From Mytilus trossulus (Eukaryota), in assembly GCF_036588685.1 (NCBI RefSeq), contig NC_086386.1, forward strand, positions 1,054,001 to 1,118,000: DNA of 64,000 bases, in the 5' to 3' direction. Shown here piece by piece: positions 41,301 to 50,479 of the stretch (the stretch's first letter is position 1; each line of letters opens with the position of its first letter). A program made the position numbers and the translations under genes. The notes under the pieces were generated by a model, which was given only the letters and a program-made list of their open reading frames with translations, ran no database searches and was not told where the DNA came from.

Positions 41301-44110
41301 TCAATGCCCTTTTTTCTTTCAATCAGGTTATTATTTGGTTGTATTCCCATATGAAATAACTGTACATGTGATTAGTATAATCTCAAGATAATAGTAGAAT
41401 TAACAATTGTTGGAGTGTGAAATATTCTTCGGATGTTTTGGATAAATTACGTGCTGGTGATATTCAATTTGACAGTTTTTACTTTTCAATTCTCTTACAT
41501 TACACTTCCACACACTTTTATCAAACAAAATGTCTCAACAAAGTGTAACGACAGGTTGTAGGTATGTGCACGAAATTTGCCACTGTAATAGCAGACTTTT
41601 TCTTGTACTGTTGCTAATCACAGTTTATAGTCAAACTCATTAAAAATCCGCCAATATAACATAATGATTCATTAACATTTTCCGTTATCTTGATGAAATA
41701 TTTTCGTTAAATAATCAAGAATTTTATAAACATACTGCCGAAATTTACACAATGGAATTGACTTAAAATAATCAGATATTAACGGTAATTATTATTTCTA
41801 GATTAAGATATTTGAGTTTTACACGGGAAATACACAGGTCTACCATTTACGACAAAAGAGACAATTTGTTCGTTCACTATAGTAATATTTAGACAATATA
41901 CGTATAGTGTCTTGAAATATGAAATTTATTTGTATGAGGCTTAAAAACGGGAAAATGCGAGGTTCTACCGAGCATTTTCCCGTTTCGTGCCGAATACAAA
42001 TAATTTTCATATTTCAAGACACTATACGTATATTGTCTTTATACTGAAATCGAAAAAAAAAATGAAAAATGAAAAAAACATGTAACAAAAATTGTTAAAA
42101 AAAGTGTTTGGAATTTCCCTCTTGGGGTACCATTTTGGGGTATTTCCCTATGAGCGTAGTCCAGGTGGTAAGACATTGGCGTATTACGGAATTAGAAAGG
42201 GAAAATGAACTTAATTAATAGCATTTGATAAACATGATATATAAATAACCAATTTGAAGACATAAAAGTTTTAATTCAAAAAAGTTTGACCATTGTTACT
42301 TTACGTTGTCATGGTCGTGACGTGATGTTGTTGATGAAATACAATAAGGAGGCGGGGCTTATAGGTCAATTGGGGTCATTGACGTATAAAGCTAACGTTT
42401 ATACGTATAGCTTTATCTGTACAGTAAAATAGCTGATTGCAGTATAAAAACCTTTTTCTGAGTTGCATATTTGTCTTTATGTAATATAGATTTTTATCAA
42501 TAAAAAAACTTCAAAGATGTACTTTAAAATATGATATTTTTTAAAACAAAAAGAAAAACCGAAAACTCTAGAAACAATTAGTAATATTAAAAGAAATGAT
42601 GTTTATGGAAAGCTCCAAAAAGAAATATATAATGAAATCCTACATGAGACCGCTTAAATGAGGATGAGACCCCTCTGATCTTTCAATGTTTATAAAATTA
42701 AACGAAATCATAGACTCTAAAATTGAGAAAGGAAATGTGTCAAAGCGATAACCACCCGACCATAGAGCAGACAACAGCCGAAGGCTACCAATGGGTCTTC
42801 AATATAGCGAGAATATATATAAAGGTTATATAAGAAGGAATAATGTCATCGTCGATATCTACGAAGGGCTTAGATTGCCACTTTTCAGCTGAAATTTGTC
42901 AACAATTAAGGAAAAGGGGCATATGGCAATGGTGAGAGCCCCTGATCTCTCACTCTTTCTAATAGTATGCAGACATTTAGTTTATAGGTAGATACAAACG
43001 TGACTCAAAGGAATGCGGTATACTTCCTGTTCCACGTTTACGGAGCGCCACAAGTGCCAGTTGGATATTCATATTACATAAAGACAAATATGCAACTTGA
43101 AAAGGGGTTTACGACAGCTTGAAGAGGTCATTAACCGATTTCCTACGTATCTTCTCATTCCTCTTTCAGACTATGAAAATCATGATTTTAATGCTGTCAA
43201 GTTATTTTTTATGGTTTTCAACTAAATTTTGAAAATCGAGTATCGAATAACGAACCGGCTGCTAACTTCACATACATTATAAAGAATTGTTTTTTAAGTT
43301 TGGTTGTAGACTTAGAAACTTATTTCAAACGGGGTAGCACATCCTTATTTTTACCGAGATGTTATTTACCGTGCCTGAAAATTTAGAAACGATCCTGATA
43401 AACCTATCGATCTTTTAAATATATCTTTTCTAATAAGTTACCAGTTCAACACTAAGGATATTGTTTTATTGGTATTAATTTTTATTTTGTCATCAGTATA
43501 TTAAATGCAAACTGAATGTTACTGTTATACACATTCAGTGTCGTTTTGATGTTTGGATGTACAAGTATCCAGCCACGTCTACTCTGTATTTTTGTAAGAT
43601 ATATTTCTATTTTTATCCATCTGATTAGTTAAGTCTTGTTCAACTGATTTTATAGTTTGTTCTTATGTTGTACTGACACACCACTGTCCCAAGTCAGGAG
43701 CCTGTAATTCAGTGGTTATCGTTTGTTGCTGTGAAATATATTTGTTTCGTGGATTTACTTTGTACACATATAAGGCCGTTAGTTCTCTCGTTTGAATTAC
43801 TTTTACATTTTGGGGTTAGTAACAGTTTACTATGAGGTATGGGCTTGTCTCATTGTTGAAGGCTGACGAGAGAGTTTTAGGTGTAATTGCTGTGTCATTC
43901 GGTTTCATGTTGGGAGTGTTCTCATTTGTAATCATACCATATATTCTGGTGGTTCATATTCATCTAATGGTTTGTTCTATTAATTTTGGCTTATTTCAAT
44001 TTAATAGTTACAAAGAAGGCTTTGAAATTGAAATTTCGAATCTGAAATAACTTTTTCACATCCGTAGAGTTCTATATTATATTATATACGCACCTTTCAT
44101 TTCCCAGCAT
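11211..44110 (-). CDS. PLA2G4: Cytosolic phospholipase A2 (group IV, cPLA2alpha-like), whole gene. Coding exons: 44110-44094, 39469-39442, 39138-39069, 38633-38469, 37183-37074, 35969-35938, 34138-34003, 32483-32347, 26712-26499, 25435-25327, 22999-22862, 22122-22075, 20361-20314, 17674-17653, 16816-16689, 14359-14190, 12022-11842, 11383-11211
   Basis: Manually spliced: all junctions GT-AG with compatible phases, 1926 nt = 641 aa plus stop. Motifs: WNETFRF (C2), GSGGGLR, GLSGSAW (catalytic Ser), EWIEFSPYE, LVDAGLAFNSPYP (catalytic Asp), ILSFDFS. The first two exons and the small linker exons are less certain. Confidence 0.93.
11842..12022 (-). CDS. PLA2G4: cPLA2 exon (QLEKAEEWARKRCIPFP...SPIIVHFVMINKSFRKL)
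   Basis: Conserved AE.W.....PFP and P.I.HFV..N..FR. Confidence 0.94.
13735..13935 (+). mobile_element. Degenerate retrozyme-family copy
   Basis: Homologous to 15568-15770 with a broken core (CTGGTGAG...CAAAAC). Confidence 0.6.
14190..14359 (-). CDS. PLA2G4: cPLA2 catalytic Asp exon (LVDAGLAFNSPYPTVLHPSRKVDVILSFDFS)
   Basis: Hallmark VD[SA]GL.FN.PYP...R.VD.I.SFDFS. Confidence 0.97.
15568..15770 (+). mobile_element. Retrozyme-family monomer fragment
   Basis: ggcatagattaccttagc...hammerhead...cctggtatctatgatgag, shared with the 35 kb and 47.8 kb copies. Confidence 0.75.
15688..15731 (+). ncRNA. Type I hammerhead ribozyme, intact core
   Basis: Stem I GCGUCA/UGGCGU, CUGAUGA, stem II GUCU-UUUGU-AGAC, GAAA, palindromic stem III ACGCGCGU, cleavage after GUC (15725). 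Confidence 0.85.
16689..16816 (-). CDS. PLA2G4: cPLA2 exon (RLVYSSVKDM...VGKVPNWLRGISV...GP)
   Basis: Corresponds to the cPLA2 'GKVHNFM.G' motif. Confidence 0.87.
17653..17674 (-). CDS. PLA2G4: cPLA2 22-nt microexon (ENPWNLC-R)
   Basis: ttttattgtag|...AG|gtattg; needed to convert phase 1 to 2. Confidence 0.7.
18085..18934. mobile_element. Nested pair of the same interspersed repeat family in opposite orientations (inner copy ~18351-18820)
   Basis: Outer copy split at cccgctttaa|...|atggcaatg; other family copies at 14670-15118 and 40670-40825. Confidence 0.7.
18937..19756. mobile_element. Tc1/mariner-pogo type MITE
   Basis: TA target duplication; TIRs CAGTAAAACCTGTATAAACC / GGTTTAATCAAGTTTGACTG; repeated ccggtttattcagg subterminal motif; splits the host motif aaggTAccagg. 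Confidence 0.8.
19757..20060 (-). mobile_element. Retrozyme-family copy with mutated hammerhead core (CUGGUAA)
   Basis: Reverse complement of the family; core substitutions. Confidence 0.7.
20314..20361 (-). CDS. PLA2G4: cPLA2 duplicated 48-nt exon (GMCVNETKIAENIMQA)
   Basis: Same length, phase and ends as exon 22075-22122; strong tttcctag / gtaagt sites. Confidence 0.7.
20667..20926 (+). mobile_element. Short HINE-like element
   Basis: Similar to the ends of 53702-54362. Confidence 0.55.
21688..21711 (-). CDS. Possible optional 24-nt cPLA2 microexon (VSEDIISS), not included in the 641-aa model
   Basis: Pyrimidine tract + tcag acceptor, CAG|gtttaa donor, symmetric phase 1. Confidence 0.35.
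22075..22122 (-). CDS. PLA2G4: cPLA2 48-nt exon (GMCGSGYAVLRNLRPA)
   Basis: Corresponds to the cPLA2 'G.WGSAF' motif; phase 1-1. Confidence 0.85.
22862..22999 (-). CDS. PLA2G4: cPLA2 exon (EWIEFSPYEVFIPKYGA...TIHFLNG)
   Basis: Conserved W.EFSPYE....KYG motif. Confidence 0.95.
25327..25435 (-). CDS. PLA2G4: cPLA2 exon (NVPWSEQAKKLKNGSMPLPLIAALHVREEK...)
   Basis: PLPL...LHV motif; canonical splice sites. Confidence 0.92.
25600..25930 (+). mobile_element. Penelope-derived 3' terminal repeat family (also 10030-10450, 11455-11590, 29090-29253, 33140-33660, 47240-47560)
   Basis: Shared gcaacacgacgg.tgccacat.tggagcag...ggtggggtt...ggtatctttcg. Confidence 0.6.
26499..26712 (-). CDS. PLA2G4: cPLA2 exon (WYLMSLYS...VADPFGYIISSFLLQK)
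   Basis: tatacag|G...AAG|gtaagc; lies within ORF 26436..26762. Confidence 0.92.
29480..30230 (-). mobile_element. L1/Tx1-clade LINE 3' ORF2 fragment (degenerate)
   Basis: Minus strand reads ...GKIDKIK.ATL.KDYLEGGSKMIDINLYLKALKLRWIN...NPF, typical of the Tx1 post-RT region. Confidence 0.65.
30880..31135 (-). mobile_element. Penelope-like RT fragment, inverted relative to 31395-32160
   Basis: Reverse complement encodes ASYLDLYLEIDNEG and IVNFPFLCSNIPA. Confidence 0.7.
31395..32160 (+). mobile_element. Penelope-like element RT fragment (pseudogenised)
   Basis: Frameshifted GIPMGTNC.PLL..LF, FR.IDDVL, YP.ELEIKD, SYLDLYLEID, KLYDK, NIPA.PAYGVY. Confidence 0.82.
32347..32483 (-). CDS. PLA2G4: cPLA2 catalytic exon (TPNIAIIGSGGGLRAV...YTAGLSGSAW)
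   Basis: Oxyanion GGG-R and nucleophile GLSGS motifs. Confidence 0.97.
32641..33140 (+). mobile_element. HINE-like element interrupted by another repeat (32821-33013)
   Basis: aacaagaatgtgtcc start, (GGAC/GAAC)n microsatellite, ctactatcgtag terminal hairpin. Confidence 0.6.
34003..34138 (-). CDS. PLA2G4: cPLA2 exon (HTDVKFRNINQLCRKEEIFIEKRRERVF...SEEKD)
   Basis: Matches the cPLA2 'LRF..LC..EK.F...R' helix; caatag|...|gtaagt. Confidence 0.9.
35161..35204 (+). ncRNA. Type I hammerhead ribozyme, first of a tandem pair
   Basis: gcgtca-ctgatga-gtct(tatgt)agac-gaaa-cgcgcgtc^tggcgt. Confidence 0.87.
35510..35553 (+). ncRNA. Type I hammerhead ribozyme, second of the tandem pair
   Basis: Identical core 349 nt downstream of the first. 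Confidence 0.87.
35938..35969 (-). CDS. PLA2G4: cPLA2 short exon (AKIEFDVISNP)
   Basis: gttttag|...CC|gtaagt; supplies the needed phase 0 to 2 bridge. Confidence 0.78.
37074..37183 (-). CDS. PLA2G4: cPLA2 C2-domain exon (DIRLLSFDKT...FDVNFSH)
   Basis: tttccag|...CAT|gtaagc, phase 1 to 0. Confidence 0.82.
38469..38633 (-). CDS. PLA2G4: cPLA2 C2-domain exon (VLAHIG...PTAWNETFRFIV...ELMF)
   Basis: C2 motif WNETF; tttcatag|...G|gtatgt. Confidence 0.88.
39069..39138 (-). CDS. PLA2G4: cPLA2 C2-domain exon (LSSPFAFVKFDITVKNDFRTWGV)
   Basis: ttcttcag|...G|gtaagt; beta-strand pattern of a C2 N-terminus. Confidence 0.8.
39442..39469 (-). CDS. PLA2G4: cPLA2 exon (SESKYQYYK)
   Basis: tttttag|G...AAA|gtaagt, phase 2 to 0. 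Confidence 0.7.
41889..42448 (+). mobile_element. Non-autonomous long-hairpin element inserted into a Penelope fragment
   Basis: Foldback 41891-42038; arm core tatacgtatag repeated at ~42400; a deleted inverted copy lies at 49684-49950. Confidence 0.72.
44094..44110 (-). CDS. PLA2G4: cPLA2 putative first coding exon (MLGNE-R)
   Basis: ATG CTG GGA AAT GAA AG|gtgcgt; the phase-2 donor fits the next exon. Acceptor ttacag at 44128 implies an upstream non-coding exon. Confidence 0.5.
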
Positions 44111-44393
44111 GTTTAACGAATGTCTCACTGTAATTGATAAGTAAATTAAATATATACAAGAGCAACAGTTAATTTCTTTGAGCATTTTTTTTTATCATAT
44201 ACTTTTTGATATGGTCGTATTGTGTGCAGTAAACAAAACAAAAAAAATAGATTGGTTGAAATATGTTATTACCACCTACTTTGGTACTTTATAGTATGCT
44301 ACGTCTAAGGTATGATTCTACACTTAATGTCCTTTCAATCATATTATATTGTTATTGACAATTAGTTTTTTTTCTGTCAATTTTATGGATTTT

Positions 44394-44764
44394 AAGACTT
44401 ACCCCTTCCTATATTTTAGTTGTAAAGACTTACCCCTTCCTATATTATAGTTGTAAAGACTTACCCCTTCCTATATTATAGTTGTAAAGACTTACCCCTT
44501 CCTATATTTTAGTTGTAAAGACTTATCCCTTCCTATGTTATAGTTGTAAAGACTTATCCCTTCCTGTATTATAGTTGTAAAGACTTACCCCTTCCTGTAT
44601 TATAGTTGTAAAGACTTACCCCTTCCTGTATTATAGTTGTAAAGACTTACCCCTTCCTGTATTATAGTTGTAAAGACTTACCCCTTCCTTTTTATAGTTG
44701 TAAAGACTTACCCCTTCCTGTATTATAGTTGTAAAGACTTACCCCTTCCTATATTTTAGTTGTA
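44394..44764 (+). repeat. 31-bp minisatellite, 12 copies
   Basis: Unit aagacttaccccttcct(a/g)tatt(a/t)tagttgta. Confidence 0.95.
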
Positions 44765-44949
44765 AACAACTTTGTATAGAATGGAAATTGATCTTTGTTA
44801 ATCCAATGAAATAAGTGTTCATTTGGAGAACATTAGGTACAGTGTTAATATTCTATTCATGAGTTTTGATATTTAAACTTTACGGGTGCCTTCATATTCA
44901 CCAATAGAAACTACAATTGACTAATTTTGTTTAGTTTAAACATATCTAT

Positions 44950-45278
44950 TTATAGTGGATTGGGAAACAAGTTATTGGATTTTATATTAATCCCTTTTTA
45001 TTTTGCCGGTGCAATTGCTGCCTTGTAGCGGCATTAGCCTACTCTTTTTCCGAAATCTACAAGGGTGTCTTTTACGTCCAAGATATATGGCTCAATCTGA
45101 TCACGGGTCAGCCATTTATCGTCCCCTTCCGACGGAACATTATTGTTTCGTTAATACCATACTCGCAAATGGTGTCAAGTGGGAGCCGAAAATTCAGTCC
45201 CTGAAATGTTCATCTGGGAACGGGAATCGAACCAGGAACATTTGTGTTAGTAGAACAATGCACTAAACACTACACCAC
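44950..45278 (-). mobile_element. tRNA-derived SINE, probably Meta-domain type
   Basis: A box GTGGTGTAGTG and B box GGTTCGATTCC; central tccgtcggaaggggacgataaa...acgtaaaagacaccc resembles the Meta domain. Confidence 0.62.
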
Positions 45279-45645
45279 ACAAAATGTTTTGTAATCAAAA
45301 GATTCCAATTTTGATATAGAATTCATCAATATAAAAAGCTTTTAAGGGGACTTAGCTTCAAAACATTTAACGGAAAGTGCCAAAAAAATACATTATGGTC
45401 TTATTGTGTTAAAATAAGTATTTCCATGTGAAATTTGTATTCTTTTGGCCCGATTGATAATCAATCAAAAATTTATGGCCAATTGCAACCCCTCGTGAAC
45501 CTTCTCCTGTGAGATTAATAAGCTATGTGCAATATACATTTGATATTTCTTTTGTTATTATGTTTGTACCCTTACATGTATAAGTGCTATTGCTATCAAT
45601 TATAAAATACTTTTAATTCCTTTTATGGTACCAAAATAAGTCTAT

Positions 45646-47560
45646 TTTTGAATCCCGCTATTATTAAGAAATTGTTGTCAATGAAGTGTTAACTTCTTGT
45701 TTATGTGCGTTTGAGTATAGACATGAACATTTTGGCGTTGACATTACTCTTTGTTGAAAGATATTTCAGATGAAAAATACAATTATTGTTAATTTGCGAT
45801 AAAAACGGGGTTTTTTGTTACCTTGCATGAAGAGAAGCGATACGTTAATAGTTTACCTCTTAAATAAATAAAGTAATTTGTGTCATGGAAGCAAAATTGA
45901 GTCACAAAGTAAGAAATCCTTCAGCATAAACTATAAAATACTAGTTTAATTATAAAATACAGAATACATCTTCATTGAGCTCTATTTCTTAAAAAAAATA
46001 TCAATATTTGACCACTTTTCTTTTATTTTTATTGCTTTAATGGTCGAGCACATACTCATAGAGATCACTTCAGCATAATCTTCATAGTACTTGTTTTTCC
46101 ATCTTGTGGTTGTAGTGTATCTAGCACGAGGTTTTAAAAATATGCATATCCTGTAGCATTTGAAATTTAACATGCAGTAAAAAACTTTAATTTGTAAAAC
46201 AAAATAGTCTCTTCCCAAGCAAATAAATCGCATAGTTCTGTTTCGGTTGACCGAGTTTACAACTACATGTACCAGCTTTAGAACAATGAATTGATATTTT
46301 GATTGAAAAAAACTACTGGGTGGGTTATTCGTTTTTGGTGTCTAAAATGATTCAGCTTAGCTTTGTTTATACCCCAAATATTGCTGAAAATCATTCATGA
46401 TATAAATGTATTGTTTTCGTGGGTAACTTGTTTTTTCTGTACTAATTTTTATTGTAAGTGATTTATGTTTTGGTAAATTCATTTTATTTTTAAACATTAT
46501 ATACTCTTCAATATAAGAAGTTTGATAATATATAATCATTCGTCTTTGAGAGTTGAAATGATCTTCACTGGGGCACAATTATTTGTAAAGCATTAAATAT
46601 TTGTAACAAAATATCTTCTTCAAATTGCATAATTATTGTATTTCTTAACAATAAATTAAAATTCTATAGTCATAAGACGTTATTGTAAAAAGAAGTCCAA
46701 GGGTAGTCTTTATTAATTTGTTTTTAGTTACACTATTACTTTTTGTCAATGTTTTATATATTGTAGAATCGATTAATGAATTTTGAACATCGGTAAACTA
46801 CCTTTGCTTTTATTTATAGTGCATAACATCATTATTATAGTCATTTTCAATTAACAATTTTTAAATTCTATAAAACTAGATCTCAAAATTGTTAAAAATT
46901 AAAGTGAATCGTTCTATGTTTGGGAATTTTTGGAGGTGATTTTTGTGTAATATTTGAGGTTCTGTTCAGGTTATAATTAAGTGATTTTTGTGTCATATTT
47001 GAGGTTCTGTTCAGGTTATAATTAAGTGATTTTTGTGTCATATTTGAGGTTCTGTTCAGGTTATAATTAAGTGCGACAGATTAAAAATTGACAGTACGTA
47101 AATTGAAGGTAAGTAGAAGATGACAAAAGAGAGCGAGATGCATTAATAATTAATTTACTCATTGAAATAAACATATACAGGCGTCGCAGAGGCACGAAAT
47201 GAATTTGTGAATCTAAAATAACATTGTGTTGTCAAAATGGTGGTGAAATAAACTAAAGGTATATTCGAAAATGAACTAACAATGCCATAGTTTAAATGAA
47301 AAGCCCAACAGACAAATAGGTAAACAGACGAACAGACAATCAATAGTACACAAAATACAACATAAAAAAAACTAAAGGCTGATAAACAAAACAAATCCAG
47401 CCAACACTTTGGATGATCTCATTTGCACCGGGAGAGTACACGGATCCTGTTCCACATTTGACACTAGTCGTGTTGCTCATGTAAGTACATCCCCGTTTAT
47501 AAGTTTTCGGAAGGTCACATATAGGAAAAAGGGATGGGAGTGTAGTAACGGCATTGAAAC
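45646..47560 (+). repeat. Segmental duplication block X'
   Basis: Direct-orientation paralog of 8367-10357. Confidence 0.88.
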
Positions 47561-47814
47561 GTAGAAAACTGAAGATGAAGCAACAGGAACCCCACTAAAA
47601 CGGGTATATATACTACAGCTGTGCTATTAGAGCAACCAAATTGCATTGACTGTATATTCATATGTAATCACCTTGTTTATGACGTTGACAATGCATTTCC
47701 GTAGAGTTTTATTTATGACGTCAATAAAACATACAGGTTCGCGGCAATTTTACGTTGTCAAATCACAATTAAAATAGAACGGTTTGAACCCTAAATACTT
47801 CATTTAGAACATTT

Positions 47815-48032
47815 ATAAAATATCGAAAAACTAAGGATTTTCTTGTCCCAGGCATAGATTACCTTAGCCGTATTTGGCACAACTTTTTGGAATTTTGGAT
47901 CCTCAATGCTCTTTAACTTCGTACTTGTTTGGCTTCATAAATATTTTGATTTGAGCGTCACTGATGAGTCTTATGTAGACGAAACGCGCGTCTGGCGTAC
48001 TAAATTATAATCCTGGTACCTTTGATAACTAT
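47815..48032 (+). mobile_element. Retrozyme-family monomer fragment
   Basis: Near-identical to 35380-35588. Confidence 0.78.
47955..47998 (+). ncRNA. Type I hammerhead ribozyme, intact core
   Basis: Same core as the 35161 copy. Confidence 0.85.
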
Positions 48033-48047
48033 ATATAAGAGTTGCAA

Positions 48048-48210
48048 TATATAAAGAATAACCATACATTGTCTCAAAATATCAATCTGTTATTTGTACT
48101 CGGCTCGAAACAGGTAGAAATGCTCGGCACAGCCTCGCTTTCTACCTGTTTCTAAGCCTTGTACAAATGACATTGATATTTCGAGACAATGTATGGTTAT
48201 TCTATATATA
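48048..48210 (-). repeat. Long imperfect palindrome of the hairpin-element class
   Basis: Arms agaataaccatacattgtctc...gagacaatgtatggttattct. Confidence 0.7.
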
Positions 48211-48211
48211 T

Positions 48212-48810
48212 CGGATAGCATCTGTGTAACAAATATTCCATAATGGTTATACAACTCGTGATGGCGTCTGTAAAATTTATGAAGGGAAGATTTCACTTTA
48301 CCATTTGGAAATAATGGTTTAATAGCTTACTTGCAACAACCCTCTATCATGGAAATCATGATTAGAAATACAAGCCCTGGAGTATCGTATCAACTTGAAA
48401 ACACATACTCTGTATAAAGGCGCTGCTAGAATGTTGCTTCATAAAACTGAAAAGTTAACAAGTAGGAAGCTTCGATCATCTCTTTTGTCGTCAAGTTTTG
48501 ATTTCAATCAATCTTCAATTTCATTTCTTAATGCAAGTCAAGATATGAGGCAGACATAGCTGTATCTGTTGTATCCTTGATATCAATTTCGAGAGGAAAG
48601 AAAAGTTCATCATAATCGTTCCAAAGTTGAATTATTATGTAAGAAAACATCATCTATATAGCTGAACGTTAAGTTTAAGGATATTGCTAACTTCCAATTT
48701 ATATCCTTATAATTCCTGTATGAAGTCAGCTCATTTGAGTTGAGAATCAAGTCGGAAAAAAGGGGCCGATTTTTTGTTGAAAACATGTCCCAAAACGTAA
48801 CAAACTAACG
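48212..48810 (-). mobile_element. Penelope-like RT fragment
   Basis: KSSLHKFYRRHHELY and SASYLDL-type segments on the minus strand. Confidence 0.7.
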
Positions 48811-49647
48811 TTTTGTTATCGATATCAGAAAAGAAGAAACATTATCTGAGCATGACAATATATACACAAAAAATATAGTTATGGCAATCTTCAAATTACT
48901 GCTTATTGAGGTTAATTCTCATTATGACTTTGTTTTTAAATATTCGCCTAGCGGATCTAGATCAAATGTTGCTCCACTCGTTGATAGTATGTGAAAGATT
49001 CTAATGAGTTTAATTTAGGTTTTTTTTAGGTGAGCGATTTAGACTTTTTGTTTAGTTTATTGAGCTTGCTGTGCACTTGAACTTCATCTTTGAATCAGTG
49101 TGTCCATTTATGTTGACTGTTATGTTGCTTTCATTGGTTCGGTCTTTATCTCTTATGAGTCATACCCTAAACATAGCATACTGTTCGTCACGAGAAATTA
49201 TCCATGTGCAGTCATGTAATAATACATATTGGTTGACAGATTCTTGTCACTTGTGCGCGTGATTGTTTCATTTACTGCATTCTCTTAGGGTTATCTTTAT
49301 GATTTTCATTCAGGGAACTTTCTATTGTCGTTCAGCTCATGACAGACCTTGGAAAATATCTGTTTTATTTATTGTGAAAATTAAAATCACAAAAATACTG
49401 AACTCAAAGGAAAATCTAATCGGAAAGTCCATAATCACATGGCAAAATCAAATGACAAAACACATCAAATTCGAAGGGAAAAAGACTGTCATATTCCTAA
49501 CTTGGTACATGTATTTTCAAATGTAGAAAATGGTGGATTAAACCTAGTTTTAAAGCGCTTAACCTCTCACTTTGATGACAGTCTCATCAAATTTCGTTAT
49601 ATTTACAATGATGCGTAAACTAAACAGACATAATTAATAAAATAGTC

Positions 49648-50105
49648 GAATAAACTCATCATAGATACCGGGACTAATTTTGTTTATACTGCAATCATCT
49701 ATTTTACTATACAGATAAAGCTATACGTATAAACGTAAGCTTTGTACGTCAATGGGCTCAACTAACCTTTAAGCCCCGCCTACTTACCGGAACTACTGTA
49801 TTTCATCAACAACGTCACGTCACAACCATGACAACGTGTAGTAACAATGGTCAAACTTTCATGAATTTATCTTGTTATGCATTTCCCCCGTTTCTAAGCC
49901 TCATAAAAAAATAAATTTCATATTTTAAGACACTATACGTATATTGTCTAAATATACGCCAGACGCGCGTTTCGACTACAAAAGACTTATTAGTGAAGCT
50001 CGAACCCAAAAAAGTTGAAAAAGCCAAATAAGGTACGAAGTTGAAGAGCATTAAGGACCAAAATTCATAAACATTTTGCCAAATACAGCTAAGATAATCT
50101 AGATA
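49648..50105 (-). mobile_element. Degenerate retrozyme-family copy interrupted by a hairpin-element remnant (49684-49950)
   Basis: Host sequence split at ...aattttgt|...|atatacgccagacgcgcgtttcg. Confidence 0.65.
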
Positions 50106-50479
50106 GAAAAGACTTAGCAAAATCTCATTGTGATAATAACAGTTCAACAAGACCAAATGGTTCTCAAAACATCAGAGATCAAACATCAAGACCCAGTTGT
50201 ACAATACCTGAGAAACAATATATTGCTGTACCACAACAGACTCTGTCTTACTATTTATCAGGTCAAAATATAGTGCATATTCCTATAAACAATAGAAATA
50301 CTATCGCTCAAATATGCCACCAACAATATCCCAAAGAACAAACTCCAACTACGAAAGAACATTCAATCCACCAATTAATCAAAATTCAAACTGGAATGGT
50401 GGTAGTAATATAGAAGGAAATATGTCAAGTAGAACACACCATATAGAACAAAAAAATAGTTCGGACTATTTTTTTATAC

